This document shows, in pieces, positions 8,619 through 21,069 of a stretch of DNA of 64,000 bases (positions within the stretch are counted from its first letter, which is position 1; each line of letters begins with the position of its first letter). Source of the stretch: Myxococcota bacterium (GTDB lineage: Bacteria; Myxococcota_A; UBA796; SXON01). Position numbers and translations under genes: made by a program. The stretch covers positions 40,799-104,798 of the forward strand of contig JAZKFH010000010.1 in assembly GCA_040386535.1 (NCBI GenBank). Direction: 5' to 3'. Under the pieces are notes generated by a model that was not told the origin of the DNA, did no database searches, and saw only the letters and a program-made list of their open reading frames with translations.

Positions 8619-10040
8619 CTACCGGTCCTGACGCTCCGACCCCCCGTTCTGCTCCAGCCAGCCGCCGGTCTCCCAGCCGCCGGTCTCCCAGCCGCCCGTG
8701 TCCCCGGTGTCCCCGCCGCCCGCGCGCAGCTCCTCGAGCTCCGCCCGGGCGCTCGCCGCGCGGCCCTCGTAGAAGGCGCGGTAGTGGGCGTAGGCGTCCT
8801 CGTCCGGGGCGCGCCACATGCCGTCGGGGTACGCCTCGCCCCAGGGCGCCGGGGTGCCGCGGAGGCGCGCGGCGAGGTCGTCGATGACGGAGACCGGGTC
8901 GAGCGCCTCGAAGCCGTCGATCACGGCCTCGCAGGTGTCGTACATGGCCTCGCGGCACCCGGTGTCGGCGCGGCAGCCCGCGCTCAGGCTCGCCCAGCCC
9001 CAGAGGGTGGTGTCGCGGTACGCGCCGTCCCAGGCGTATCCGGCGGTGATGTCGGTGGAGTACGGGAGGAAGCGGAACTTTCCGTCCTTCCCCTCCGCGA
9101 TCACGAGGTTGTTGGTGTTGTGCACGTAGTCGTCCCCGACCCAGAGCAGCCAATGCACACACGACGAGCGGCGGAAGGCCTCCCAATCGAGCCACGCCTC
9201 GGTGCTCTCGTCGAAGGCCTCGCCGCCCGAGTTGTCGAGGATCGCCTGGGCGAGCGCGTCGAGCCCGGTGGTGTCGTCGCAGTCGCCGTAGTCGCACTCG
9301 AAGCTCGACCACACGCCCGGCGTGTTCACGTCTCCGACGCCCTCCCGGACGTTGACACAACCCCCGCCGAGTTGGTCCGCGTTCTGCTCGCAGAAGTCGC
9401 CCTTGTACATCTCCCGCGCCACCATCGGCACGAGCACGTCGGGGTCTTCCCAGCCGCTCCCGCCGACCCACGCGTAGCTGGCCCGCGCCGCGGGGACGCC
9501 GAGCGCGCGGAACGTCGCGAGCGAGCTCGCCTCGCCGAACAGGGAGCCGACCTGCCCACTGTTGAGACGGATGTGCTCCACGCCGCCGAACCGCTGGCCC
9601 TCCGTGTAGTCGTCGCTGTCGAGCCGGAAGTTGGGGATGGTGCTGGGCGTCCACGCGACACCCGTGCTCTGGCCCACGAGGCGCACGCTGGTCTTCCCGA
9701 AGTCCGCGCAGTCGCCGTCGGGGCTGGCGACGAGGACGGTGTCCGCGAAGCCGGTGTCTTCCCCTACCTCGTAGACGCCTTCGGCCCCCCATCCGCCCCC
9801 CTCCCCGAAGGGCGCGTTGAGCGCCTCCAGCTGCTCGGCGGACACACCGATCCACCACACGTTTCCGTCGTCACCGAGCACGTCCAGGGCCAGGGCGTCG
9901 GGCGTCGTGGTCGCGTCGATCGGTGGGACGATCCCCTCGTCCCCGCCGGTGTCGGGCTCGGGGAGGACGTAGACGTTGGTGATGTTGGTGACGGACGGCA
10001 CGCCACAGCCGACCAGAGCGAGCAGGACCCACAGATTCAC
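8619..10040 (-). CDS. CotH-kinase-family lipoprotein
   Basis: GTG start with a GAGG RBS and lipobox LVG|C. Motifs VRLVGQST, PNFRLD, IRLNSGQ, GVPAARASYA, WVGDDYVHNTNN, FRFLPYSTD. Ends in a GGWET tandem repeat. Confidence 0.8.
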   Translation of the reverse strand: MNLWVLLALVGCGVPSVTNITNVYVLPEPDTGGDEGIVPPIDATTTPDALALDVLGDDGNVWWIGVSAEQLEALNAPFGEGGGWGAEGVYEVGEDTGFADTVLVASPDGDCADFGKTSVRLVGQSTGVAWTPSTIPNFRLDSDDYTEGQRFGGVEHIRLNSGQVGSLFGEASSLATFRALGVPAARASYAWVGGSGWEDPDVLVPMVAREMYKGDFCEQNADQLGGGCVNVREGVGDVNTPGVWSSFECDYGDCDDTTGLDALAQAILDNSGGEAFDESTEAWLDWEAFRRSSCVHWLLWVGDDYVHNTNNLVIAEGKDGKFRFLPYSTDITAGYAWDGAYRDTTLWGWASLSAGCRADTGCREAMYDTCEAVIDGFEALDPVSVIDDLAARLRGTPAPWGEAYPDGMWRAPDEDAYAHYRAFYEGRAASARAELEELRAGGGDTGDTGGWETGGWETGGWLEQNGGSERQDR

Positions 10041-10200
10041 GCGTACCTCGGAGGTGTGTGTCCAGGGCTTCGCAAGACGCGTGCCGTGGCCGCGGGCACC
10101 CTGGATCCCCGGCGGCGTACCGGGGTCGCCATCGACGCCGCGCCAACCGTGGAGGCGGCCGCTGCCGGCCGATCGTGACGTGGAGGTCGCGGCGGTTCCT

Positions 10201-11145
10201 TCACCCCAGGGCGGGTGCAACCGAGCGAAGGGCCGCGCCCGTGGCGGCCGTCTCCCTGGCCGCCACGTCGAGGCTCGTGCCGATGCCGGCAAAGCGCGCA
10301 CGGAACTTGCCATCGTCCACGAGGAAGGGGCGATCCCACTGGTAGGCGGTCTCCCGCAGTTCGCGCAGGAGCGGGACGAAGGGCCCGAGCACGGTGAACG
10401 CCCACGTGGGGATGGCGTACGAGCGGCCGACGGTCCCCAGGGCCGCGGCGATGGCCGCCACGAGCGCGGCGGGCGCGACCTCGATCGTGGGCAGGTGGTA
10501 GACACCCTCCGCGTCGGACTCCCCGAGGGCGGCGAGGCCGGCGATCACGTCGGGCACGTAGCCGAAGGCGTGGGGCGCCTGGGGATCGCCCACGAGCCAG
10601 GCGGCCTTGCCGGCCTGGAGCCCGGCCACCATCTTGGGGGAGAACAGCGACTGGTCGCCCACGCCGGGCCCGAAGAAGTCGCCCGCGCGGCCCGCCGCGA
10701 AACGAAGCCCCCGCTCGCGTGCGGCGGTGCGCAACGCGGCGTCCCACGCGATGCGAACGCGCCCCTTCCGCCCCGTGGCGCCGAGGGGCGTCTCCTCCGT
10801 GCGGTGCCCGTCCACGATGCCGTAGGCATAGACGTTGTCGAGGCACACGAGCTTGGCGCGGCTCGCGATGGCGCCCGCGATGAGCGCCTCCCCGAGCGCC
10901 GGGAACTCGGCTTCCCACGCCGCGCCCGTGTACGCGGACGGATTCATGCAGTGGTAGACGGCGGCCGCGCCGGTCGTGACCCGCGCCACGAACGCCGGCT
11001 CTCGCGCGTCTCCGGCGACCACCTCGACTCCCGGGACAAGCGCGGCGCTCCGACGCACCACCCGCACCGTATGGCCCCGCGCCACCAGCGTTTTCGCCAG
11101 CCCGCTGCCGACCTGACCCGCTCCGAACACGACGTGAAGAGACAT
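10201..11145 (-). CDS. NAD-dependent epimerase/dehydratase (atypical SDR)
   Basis: HVVFGAGQVG Rossmann motif, DNVYAYG, KGRVR, RAGDFFGP. The ATG at 11145 has a GGAGG RBS. Confidence 0.88.
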   Translation of the reverse strand: MSLHVVFGAGQVGSGLAKTLVARGHTVRVVRRSAALVPGVEVVAGDAREPAFVARVTTGAAAVYHCMNPSAYTGAAWEAEFPALGEALIAGAIASRAKLVCLDNVYAYGIVDGHRTEETPLGATGRKGRVRIAWDAALRTAARERGLRFAAGRAGDFFGPGVGDQSLFSPKMVAGLQAGKAAWLVGDPQAPHAFGYVPDVIAGLAALGESDAEGVYHLPTIEVAPAALVAAIAAALGTVGRSYAIPTWAFTVLGPFVPLLRELRETAYQWDRPFLVDDGKFRARFAGIGTSLDVAARETAATGAALRSVAPALG

Positions 11146-11215
11146 GAGAACCTCCAGCACGACCCTGATACGTCGGCGGAAGGCTCGCATCCCATGCATG
11201 ATTGGTATACGATCG

Positions 11216-11230
11216 ATGCATGAGAGGCAT
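11216..11230. promoter_or_regulatory. LysR recognition box (T-N11-A)
   Basis: ATGC-N7-GCAT (ATGCATGAGAGGCAT) in the AT-rich gap between the divergent epimerase and lysR genes. Confidence 0.6.
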
Positions 11231-11233
11231 TGA

Positions 11234-12166
11234 TTGGAGGGCATCGATCTCCGCGCGCTCGATCTGAACCTGCTCGTGGCGCTCGACGCGCTGCTGCGCC
11301 AAGGCAACGTGACCGCGGCCGCGCGCGACCTCGGCGTCACCCAACCCGCATTGAGCCGGACGTTACAGCGCCTGCGCGACACGTTGGGCGATCCGCTCCT
11401 CGTGCGCGTGGGCCGCGGCGTGGTACCGACGGATCGCGCGCGCGCCCTCGCGGAGCCCCTCGCGGACGCGCTCCGCGCCGTACAACGCGTGTTCTCGCCT
11501 CCGGGCGAGTTCGATCCGCGGACCGCGCGGGGTGAGCTCACCATCGGCTTGGGTGACGAGGCGCAGGTCGCCTTCGCCGACGCGATCATGGGCGCGATCT
11601 GGGCGCACGCCCCCCACGTCGACATCCGCGTGCGGCCGCTCACCGCCGCCAGCCTCGACGAGGGGCGCCGCGGCGTGCTCGACTTCGCCATCGGCCCCGA
11701 CCTGTCGCCCCTCCCCGCGATCGCCGGCTCGGTCGACTATCGGGACTTCGTCGTGAAGCACCTCTACACGCGGCGCTTCGTCGTGGTGTCGTCCGCGCGC
11801 AACCCGCGCCGGTCGCTCACGCTCGCCGAGTACGTCGCCGCCCACCACGTCATCGTGGGGTTCGACGGCGGCGGCCGCGGCTTCGTGGACGACCTGCTCG
11901 CGGCCGAGGGACACACCCGTCGGGTGGCCGCCACGGTGACCTCCTTTCCGAGCGCGGTCAACCTCGTGGCGAATACCGACCTGCTCGCGACGGTCCCGAT
12001 GGAATTGGTACGCGTCTCCAACGCGGCGGTCGTCGCCATCGAGCCGCCCATCGCCCTGCCCACACTGCCCATGTTGTGTGTCTGGCACCCCCGGCGCACG
12101 GCCGACCCGCGGCACCGGTTCTTGCGGGAGGTGGGGATGCGCGCCGTGATCGAGCGGATGGGGTAG
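11234..12166 (+). CDS. LysR-family transcriptional regulator (NodD/DntR-like)
   Basis: LDLNLLVALDALL..GNVTAAA..LGVTQPALSRTLQRLR..LGDPLLVR, followed by a substrate-binding domain. Confidence 0.95.
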   Translation: MEGIDLRALDLNLLVALDALLRQGNVTAAARDLGVTQPALSRTLQRLRDTLGDPLLVRVGRGVVPTDRARALAEPLADALRAVQRVFSPPGEFDPRTARGELTIGLGDEAQVAFADAIMGAIWAHAPHVDIRVRPLTAASLDEGRRGVLDFAIGPDLSPLPAIAGSVDYRDFVVKHLYTRRFVVVSSARNPRRSLTLAEYVAAHHVIVGFDGGGRGFVDDLLAAEGHTRRVAATVTSFPSAVNLVANTDLLATVPMELVRVSNAAVVAIEPPIALPTLPMLCVWHPRRTADPRHRFLREVGMRAVIERMG

Positions 12167-12185
12167 CTCCGCAGCGTCGCCCGGA

Positions 12186-14450
12186 TCACTCCCCCAGCGC
12201 GTAGACCACGATGGGATCGGGCCCGAGCACCACGGCCGCGCGGCCGGGGCCGAAGGCGTCCTGCACCACGTCGAGGAGCGGCTCGTCGCGCGTGTCGTCG
12301 TCGGGGGCCCACACGCGCTCGGACGCGCCGGTCGCGGGCCACCATGCGGTCAAGCCGTCGGTGTCGGAGAACAGGATCTCGTTCACGCCGTCGCGATCGA
12401 TGTCAGCCGCGCGGTACCAGGTGGGGCTCTCCCAACAGAACGTGAGGTCCATGACGGCGAGGACCGGGTTCGCCAGGAGCTCCGCGCCCCGGACGATGCA
12501 ATGCCCGAAATATTCCGTGTCATAACCGAACGATTGGAACGCGAGGTCCCCGAGGCCGTCGCCGTCGATGTCCCCGAGGCGCTGGATGCGACCGACGGTG
12601 GGGCCGTCGACATACGAGAGCACCTCCGGCGCGCCCGCCGCGATCGAGGCGCCGTCGTACACGCGGATGTCGGTGTACACGTCCGCGACCTCGTCCACGC
12701 CGTCGCCGGTGAGGTCGCCCACACAGAGCGCGTGGAGCTGGAGGTCCGCGAGGACCGACACGCCGATGCCGACGCGGAGCCAGGTAGCGCCATCGATGAC
12801 GGAGCCACGGTTGAGGACCAGCTCTCCCACGCCATCGCCCGTCAGGTCACACCCCAGCTGCGTGAGCGCGCCGTCGAACACCGTCTCGGCCACCGCGCCC
12901 TCCGCGGCGCTCCAGAGGCCGATCGCGTCGGGCTCTGCCCACCACGTCACCTCGGGCACGCCGTCGCCGTCGAGATCACTGCCCGGGTCCGCGGCGGCCC
13001 AATCCGGCTGGGAAGTCGTGTCGGCGTCGCACACCGAGATCGTGGTCCCCGGGGTGACGGGCGCCCACTGGAACGCGCCGTCCTCGAGCTGCCACCAGTC
13101 GAGCGCCCCGTCCCCGTCGATCTCGTCGAGGCCGTAGCCGTTCACGTCCCCGCCGTACCCGGGGCCGCCGCCCTGCACCTCGGCGAGGACACCGTCCGCG
13201 GTGGCGGGGTCCAGCCGGCGCGCGACGGTCCTCGGCTCCCAGCGCCCCCCCTCGGCGTGGGAGACCCAGACGAGGTCGGGAGAGGCGGCGATCCGATCGG
13301 CGGGGACGCCCGCGTCGCGCCGGAGGATCGTGTACCGGCCGAGGAGGGCCTCGGCGAGGTCGTACACGGTGGGTGGCGCCCAGATGGCGAGGCCGCCGGC
13401 GCCGTCGGGGCCGATGGCGGCGGACCAGATCTCCAGGCTGTCCTCGAAGGACACCGGCGCGTCGGGCGCCTCCCCCGCGTAAAGCCACAGGTAGCCGGGA
13501 AACCCCCCTGGGGACTGGAAGGCGAAGTCCTCGGCGCCGCCCCCGTCGACGTCCCCCAGCGGGACGGGGGTGAGCCCGGCGCCGTACACGAAGGTCGCGA
13601 GGGTGGCGTCCGCGAGGGTGGCGCCGGCGTCGATCGCCGCGCTCGAGAGCAGGTACCCATGCGTGTAGTCGGTCGTGATCACCTCCGGCCAACCGTCGCC
13701 GTCCTGGTCGAGCGTGGTGAGGACGAGCGCCGCGCCCAGCTCGCGCGCCGCATCGTCGTGCATCGTGGCGAGCGGCGCCCAGGACGCCGGATCCACCCCC
13801 GCCGCCGAGACGAGCCCGACGTATCCAGGCACCGTGGCGCCGGCCGCGTACAAGGCGGGGGCGCCGACCAGGAGCTCGTCCCGCCCGTCCCCGTCCACGT
13901 CGTGCCAGGGAACGAAGCGCGCCGGCACGTCCGCCCAGGTTTCACCCAGGGATCCGTCCGGGAGGAGCTGCGTCGCGGTGGCCATGTCGTCGTACGCGAA
14001 GAGCTCCGCGAGCCCGTCCCCATCGAGGTCGGGGAGGGCCTGGATCCCCGCGGCGGCGGCCACCGCCCAATACACGGGCTGATCCCAATAGAAGCCGGAC
14101 GACGACGTGGACGGCACCAACCAGGTCCCCCACACCTCCACCTCCGCGTCCACGACGAGCAGGAGATCCTCGACCGCGTCGCCGTCCCGGTCCGGGGTCA
14201 AGACGAGCGCGGGGCCGCTGTCGTCGAAGCCACAGCCCGTCACCACGAACGGCAGCGCCGCGGTGGGGACGGCGGCGATGTCCGGCGGGGTGTCGGTGTC
14301 GGGCGGGGTGTCGGTGTCCGGCGCGGTGTCGGTGTCCGGCGGGGTGTCGGTGTCCGTGTCACCTGTGTCCACGGCGGCGGTCTCGCGCGCCTCCGCGGCC
14401 TCCTCGGGCTTCGGAACGGGCGTGCAGGCAGCCAGGAGCAACGTGAGCAT
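12186..14450 (-). CDS. FG-GAP/VCBS-like calcium-binding repeat lipoprotein
   Basis: Lipobox LLAA|C, a (P)DTDT linker and many DxDGDG..D/E motifs. Confidence 0.8.
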   Translation of the reverse strand: MLTLLLAACTPVPKPEEAAEARETAAVDTGDTDTDTPPDTDTAPDTDTPPDTDTPPDIAAVPTAALPFVVTGCGFDDSGPALVLTPDRDGDAVEDLLLVVDAEVEVWGTWLVPSTSSSGFYWDQPVYWAVAAAAGIQALPDLDGDGLAELFAYDDMATATQLLPDGSLGETWADVPARFVPWHDVDGDGRDELLVGAPALYAAGATVPGYVGLVSAAGVDPASWAPLATMHDDAARELGAALVLTTLDQDGDGWPEVITTDYTHGYLLSSAAIDAGATLADATLATFVYGAGLTPVPLGDVDGGGAEDFAFQSPGGFPGYLWLYAGEAPDAPVSFEDSLEIWSAAIGPDGAGGLAIWAPPTVYDLAEALLGRYTILRRDAGVPADRIAASPDLVWVSHAEGGRWEPRTVARRLDPATADGVLAEVQGGGPGYGGDVNGYGLDEIDGDGALDWWQLEDGAFQWAPVTPGTTISVCDADTTSQPDWAAADPGSDLDGDGVPEVTWWAEPDAIGLWSAAEGAVAETVFDGALTQLGCDLTGDGVGELVLNRGSVIDGATWLRVGIGVSVLADLQLHALCVGDLTGDGVDEVADVYTDIRVYDGASIAAGAPEVLSYVDGPTVGRIQRLGDIDGDGLGDLAFQSFGYDTEYFGHCIVRGAELLANPVLAVMDLTFCWESPTWYRAADIDRDGVNEILFSDTDGLTAWWPATGASERVWAPDDDTRDEPLLDVVQDAFGPGRAAVVLGPDPIVVYALGE

Positions 14451-14463
14451 GGCGTAAACCTAA

Positions 14464-16851
<2,388 letters not shown>

Positions 16852-17024
16852 GTCTCTGGGCGACCGCGAGGGGCGCGGTGCCCGGCCCTGGGAGCAGGGC
16901 CGACCACGCCCCCGGTGCCCTCCCGCTACGAGACGCACCCCCGTGCAGCGCGATGTAGCGAGATGTTGCCCACGCGCTCGGGACGCGATGTCAGGACATA
17001 CGACGCAAGCGGTCAGGAGGCCGC

Positions 17025-18710
17025 ATGCTCGTTCCCGTGCTCGTCTTGTTGGTCGTATGTGGGCCCGCCGTAGACCCGATGGCCGGGGCGTTCGCGGAGG
17101 GGCTCGACACGCTCGCCGCGGGCCCCCGCTCCCCCGTCTCGCTCGACCCCACCGCCTCTGCCACCTGGCCCGGCGAGGCGGCCGAGGACTTCTACGGCTT
17201 CTCGGTGTCCGACGCCGGGGACATCAACGGCGACGGCTACGCCGACGTGATCGTCGGCGCGTTCGGATACGCGTCCAACACCGGCCGGGCCTACGTCTAC
17301 CATGGCACGGCGAGCGGCCTCGAAGCGGCCCCCGCGACCACGCTGACCGGGGAGGAGGCCGAGTCGTTGTTCGGCGCCAAGGTCTCCTCCGCCGGCGACG
17401 TGAACGGGGACGGGTACGGCGACGTGCTCGTGGGCGCCTCCGCCTACGGCACCGGCGACATCGAGGCCATCGGCCGCGCCTACGTCTACCTCGGCTCCGC
17501 GGCCGGGCTGCTCGGCACGCCCGCGACCACTCTCACCGGCGAGGAGATGGCCGACCAGCTCGGCTCCGCGGTCGCCGGCGTGGGCGACATCAACGGCGAC
17601 GGGTACGATGACATCGTGGTCGCCGCGCCGTATCGCTCCACCTACCGGGGCACGGTGTACGTGCACCACGGCTCGGCGGCGGGCATCTCCGCGACCCCTG
17701 CCCTCACCTTGGACGGTGACCTGTACACCGAGGTGTTCGGGTACGCCGTGTCGGGCGCCGGGGACGTGGACGCCGACGGCTACGACGACGTGCTGGTGGG
17801 CGTCTGGGCGCACGACTCGTACGCCGGCCGAACCGACGTGTTCCACGGCTCGCCGACGGGGCTCTCCCCCACGGCCACGCTCCAACTGACCGGCGAGGCG
17901 GAGTACGACCGGTTCGGGGCGGCCCTGTCCGGCGCCGGCGACATCGACGGGGACGGCTTCGACGACATCGTGGTGGGCGCGCCGTACGCCCTCACCAACA
18001 CCGGCAAGGTGTATGTGTACGCGGGGTCGGCCGGCGGGATCTCCAGCTCCGCAGCGCTGATCCTGACCGGGGAGGCGCCGGAGGACTACTACGGGTTCGC
18101 CATCTCGGGCGCGGGCGACATCGACGCCGACGGCTACGCAGACGTGTTGGTGGGCGCGCCCGCCAGCTCCGGCTCCGGGGTCGGCCGCGCCTGGCTCCAC
18201 ACGGGGTCGGCGGCCGGGCTCTCCCCCACCCCCGAGACCACGTTGACGGGCGGCTCCGCGGACGACGCCTACGGCTACTCGGTGTCCGGCGCCGGAGACG
18301 TGAACGGGGACGGCCTCGACGACGTGATCGTCGGCGCCCCCAACCAGGCCGGGCTCACCGGCCGCGCCTACGTGTACGAGGCGGAGGGTGACGCGGATAC
18401 CGATACCGATACCGATACCGATACCGATACCGACACCGATACGGATACCGACACCGATACGGACACCGATACTGATACCGATACGGACACCGACACCGAT
18501 ACGGACACCGATACCGATACCGATACGGACACCGATACCGATACGGACACGGATACCGACACGGACACGGACACCGACACCGACGACACCGGCGTCCCCA
18601 AGGACGACGCGACCGGGTGTGGGTGCGCGACCGGGGATGGCGCGCAGGCCGGTTGGATCGTCGCCTTGCTGGCGCTGGTGGGGATCCGTCGGGGGCGTCA
18701 GCGCGCCTGA
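17025..18710 (+). CDS. Integrin-alpha/FG-GAP propeller surface protein with a (DT)n stalk and a MYXO-CTERM-like anchor
   Basis: About 7 repeats of FG..V..AGDxNGDGYxDVxVGA, about 30 DT repeats, then GCGCATG + hydrophobic helix + RRGRQR. Confidence 0.9.
   Translation: MLVPVLVLLVVCGPAVDPMAGAFAEGLDTLAAGPRSPVSLDPTASATWPGEAAEDFYGFSVSDAGDINGDGYADVIVGAFGYASNTGRAYVYHGTASGLEAAPATTLTGEEAESLFGAKVSSAGDVNGDGYGDVLVGASAYGTGDIEAIGRAYVYLGSAAGLLGTPATTLTGEEMADQLGSAVAGVGDINGDGYDDIVVAAPYRSTYRGTVYVHHGSAAGISATPALTLDGDLYTEVFGYAVSGAGDVDADGYDDVLVGVWAHDSYAGRTDVFHGSPTGLSPTATLQLTGEAEYDRFGAALSGAGDIDGDGFDDIVVGAPYALTNTGKVYVYAGSAGGISSSAALILTGEAPEDYYGFAISGAGDIDADGYADVLVGAPASSGSGVGRAWLHTGSAAGLSPTPETTLTGGSADDAYGYSVSGAGDVNGDGLDDVIVGAPNQAGLTGRAYVYEAEGDADTDTDTDTDTDTDTDTDTDTDTDTDTDTDTDTDTDTDTDTDTDTDTDTDTDTDTDTDTDTDTDDTGVPKDDATGCGCATGDGAQAGWIVALLALVGIRRGRQRA
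18394..18590 (+). repeat. Hexamer repeat encoding (Asp-Thr)n, about 30 units
   Basis: GATACC/GACACC/GATACG/GACACG array. Confidence 0.95.
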
Positions 18711-20692
18711 CGCTCCGCGAGCAGCTCGTCGAACAATCCCACCCACTGATCGGCGATGCGATCCCACGACAACGCGGGGTCGGTCGCGCGTGCGTACGCC
18801 TGGCGACCGCGCTCAGCCCGCAGCACCGGGTCGCGGTACAGCCGCTCCAACGCGTCGGCCACGGCCACCTCGGTGACGAACCAGCCGTCCAGGAGGATGC
18901 GCTCGGTGGTGAGCGAGAACGCGGGCTCCATCATCTCCGCGTGCCCCTCCCACAGCTCCGCGCAGCTCGTGTGGCGGGGCACGATCTGGGGCGCCCCGGT
19001 CGCCGCGCTCTCGAAGCTCACGAGCCCCCACCCTTCGCCGATGGTGGTGGTGATGCCGACGTCGCCGACGTTGTAGATGAGGTTGAGCTTGTCCTCCGGC
19101 TCCGAGGGGAGCTGCGGCGCCGTGGAGGTGAGGATCAGGCGGTCCTCGATCCCGAGGCGGCGGGCCATCGCCAGGAGGTTCCACCCCGCGTCCTCGACCC
19201 CCATGTGCAGGTAGAGCTTGACGTTGTTCGGCTTCCCCTGGGCGAAACGCGCGAATCCCTTCATCGTGATGTCGATACGTTTGCGCGGCTGGTTTCGATT
19301 CCCGTTGAAGACGATGAACGAGTCCTGGAAATCAGGCGTGTCGGGGAGCAGGGCCTTCTTGGCGAGGCGGCGGTCGGCGAGATCGGGCCCGAGCGGGTGG
19401 AACACCTTGGTGTCGATGCCGTGGGGGATGATCCCGATGTCACGCGCGCCGAGCGAAACATCGTCCACCCCCGCCTGCCGGAACGCCTCGCCCAGCGCGG
19501 ACGCGCCGAATTGGTTGTAGGCGACGATGCGGTCGAGGTGGCGCAGGCCGAGCGCCACGGACGGGTCGAGGGGAGTCCCCTCCACGGGCAGGTAGCCGAC
19601 CGTGCGGATCCGGCGCCGGTACCGGGCGAGGGCCCCCGCGTAGCGGGTCAGGATCCACGGATCACACACGACGAACACGAGGGCCGGATCGAGCCTCTCG
19701 ACGAGCTCGGGGACACGGTCGACGCCATAGGGATCTCCGCCCGTCATCGCCGGGTAGATCGGCCAGCGGGCGCGGTGCGGATCGCCGCGGTGGTTGATGC
19801 CGAGGTGGTGCAGATCGTAGCGCGCGGGCATCCGTTCGAGGATGCTGTGGACGACGCGGCCGAAGCCCGTGGGGGCGTTGCCGTCGCCGATGACGAGGAT
19901 CCGGGTTGTCGGGGATCGACCGATCGAGGGAGAACCAAACGAGGGCGCCGCGATTGGATGCGGCAGGATCGGAGGTGCCACGTTCGGAGGTGCCACGATT
20001 CGCAGCGGAGGTGACACCTCTGCCCGGAGCCCCTCGATCCGGGCCTCCAAGGCCTGGTACGCCGCGGTGCGCCGGCGCGCGAGCGTGCGTGCGCGCACCT
20101 CGACGAACGCGGCGTCGATGTAGTGGGCCCGCACTGCGCCCTCGTAGAGGTGGGACAACGCGCCCTCCAGCGCGGCCTCGTCCGCGACGAGGTCGTCGTA
20201 CGCGACCTCGACCGCGGGGATGCTGTCCAGGGCGCGCTCCGCCTGGAGCAGCCCCCGCAGGACATCGTCCGGGTCGGTCCCGTCCGCGCCCACGGCGTGC
20301 GCGGGGTATCGCCACCCCCGTTCCAGCACGGAGGCGGCGATATCCGCCAGGGGGCGGCGGATCCGGAGCACACGCAGCGCCGAGATCCCCCGCCACCGGG
20401 CGCACACGAAGGGCTGCACCACGTCCTTGTAGGCGAACCCCTCCCGGGCGACCACCTGGTCGAGGTACGCCAGCACCTCGTCCCCCCGGTTTGGATCCCG
20501 GCCAGGGACGAGGAACTTCCCTCCCCCTTCGTCCCGGCCCCCGCTCCGCAAGGCGTGGCGATCGAGGTTCAGGATCTCCCCGTCCGTGGTCCACGTGGGC
20601 TCCGCGAGCCCGAGCGCGCCGCGCGCCGCGTGGTACACGACGCTCGAGAGCGATCGCGGGAGGGAGAGGACGAACAGGGAGGGAAGGTGCAT
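18698..20692 (-). CDS. Sulfotransferase-like domain fused to a GT4 (GT-B) glycosyltransferase
   Basis: N-terminus: VLSLPRSLSS (5'-PSB-like), RRPLADIAAS (3'-PB-like), VAYDDLV. C-terminus: TGFGRV, IIPHGIDTKVF, NRNQPRKRID, GEGWGLVSFESAATGAPQI. Confidence 0.8.
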   Translation of the reverse strand: MHLPSLFVLSLPRSLSSVVYHAARGALGLAEPTWTTDGEILNLDRHALRSGGRDEGGGKFLVPGRDPNRGDEVLAYLDQVVAREGFAYKDVVQPFVCARWRGISALRVLRIRRPLADIAASVLERGWRYPAHAVGADGTDPDDVLRGLLQAERALDSIPAVEVAYDDLVADEAALEGALSHLYEGAVRAHYIDAAFVEVRARTLARRRTAAYQALEARIEGLRAEVSPPLRIVAPPNVAPPILPHPIAAPSFGSPSIGRSPTTRILVIGDGNAPTGFGRVVHSILERMPARYDLHHLGINHRGDPHRARWPIYPAMTGGDPYGVDRVPELVERLDPALVFVVCDPWILTRYAGALARYRRRIRTVGYLPVEGTPLDPSVALGLRHLDRIVAYNQFGASALGEAFRQAGVDDVSLGARDIGIIPHGIDTKVFHPLGPDLADRRLAKKALLPDTPDFQDSFIVFNGNRNQPRKRIDITMKGFARFAQGKPNNVKLYLHMGVEDAGWNLLAMARRLGIEDRLILTSTAPQLPSEPEDKLNLIYNVGDVGITTTIGEGWGLVSFESAATGAPQIVPRHTSCAELWEGHAEMMEPAFSLTTERILLDGWFVTEVAVADALERLYRDPVLRAERGRQAYARATDPALSWDRIADQWVGLFDELLAERQAR

Positions 20693-20705
20693 CAGGATCT
20701 TCTCT

Positions 20706-21035
20706 TCAGTCCGAGGAGTTGGTGGTGGGGCCCGGCATCGCCAGCTCCGTCGCCACCGTGACCAGGGCCCCGGGGAAGACGTTGTACAGCACGATCGCCC
20801 GGACGCCCGACGATTGGTAGCCGGACGGGTACCCCGACATCACGGTCACGTACCCCACCTGGACGGGGCCCGCGCCGCTCACGGTCATGTCCGCGCTGGC
20901 CCCGGGCCCGAGCTGGCGGTTCGCCATGCGCCCATGCATCACGCCGCCCGGTGCGTAGGAGTGCACGTAGTTGTCCAAGCCGACCCAGACGGTCCCGCCG
21001 GTGCGGTTGATGACTGTAACTTTTCCGGTGCTCAT
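20706..21035 (-). CDS. Small beta-rich hypothetical protein (109 aa)
   Basis: ATG preceded by a GGAGG RBS. Sits between two co-oriented genes with gaps of about 34 and 13 bp. No signal peptide. Confidence 0.7.
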   Translation of the reverse strand: MSTGKVTVINRTGGTVWVGLDNYVHSYAPGGVMHGRMANRQLGPGASADMTVSGAGPVQVGYVTVMSGYPSGYQSSGVRAIVLYNVFPGALVTVATELAMPGPTTNSSD

Positions 21036-21069
21036 TTCCTGCCTCCTTGTGTCGTTGGTTCTCGTTCGG

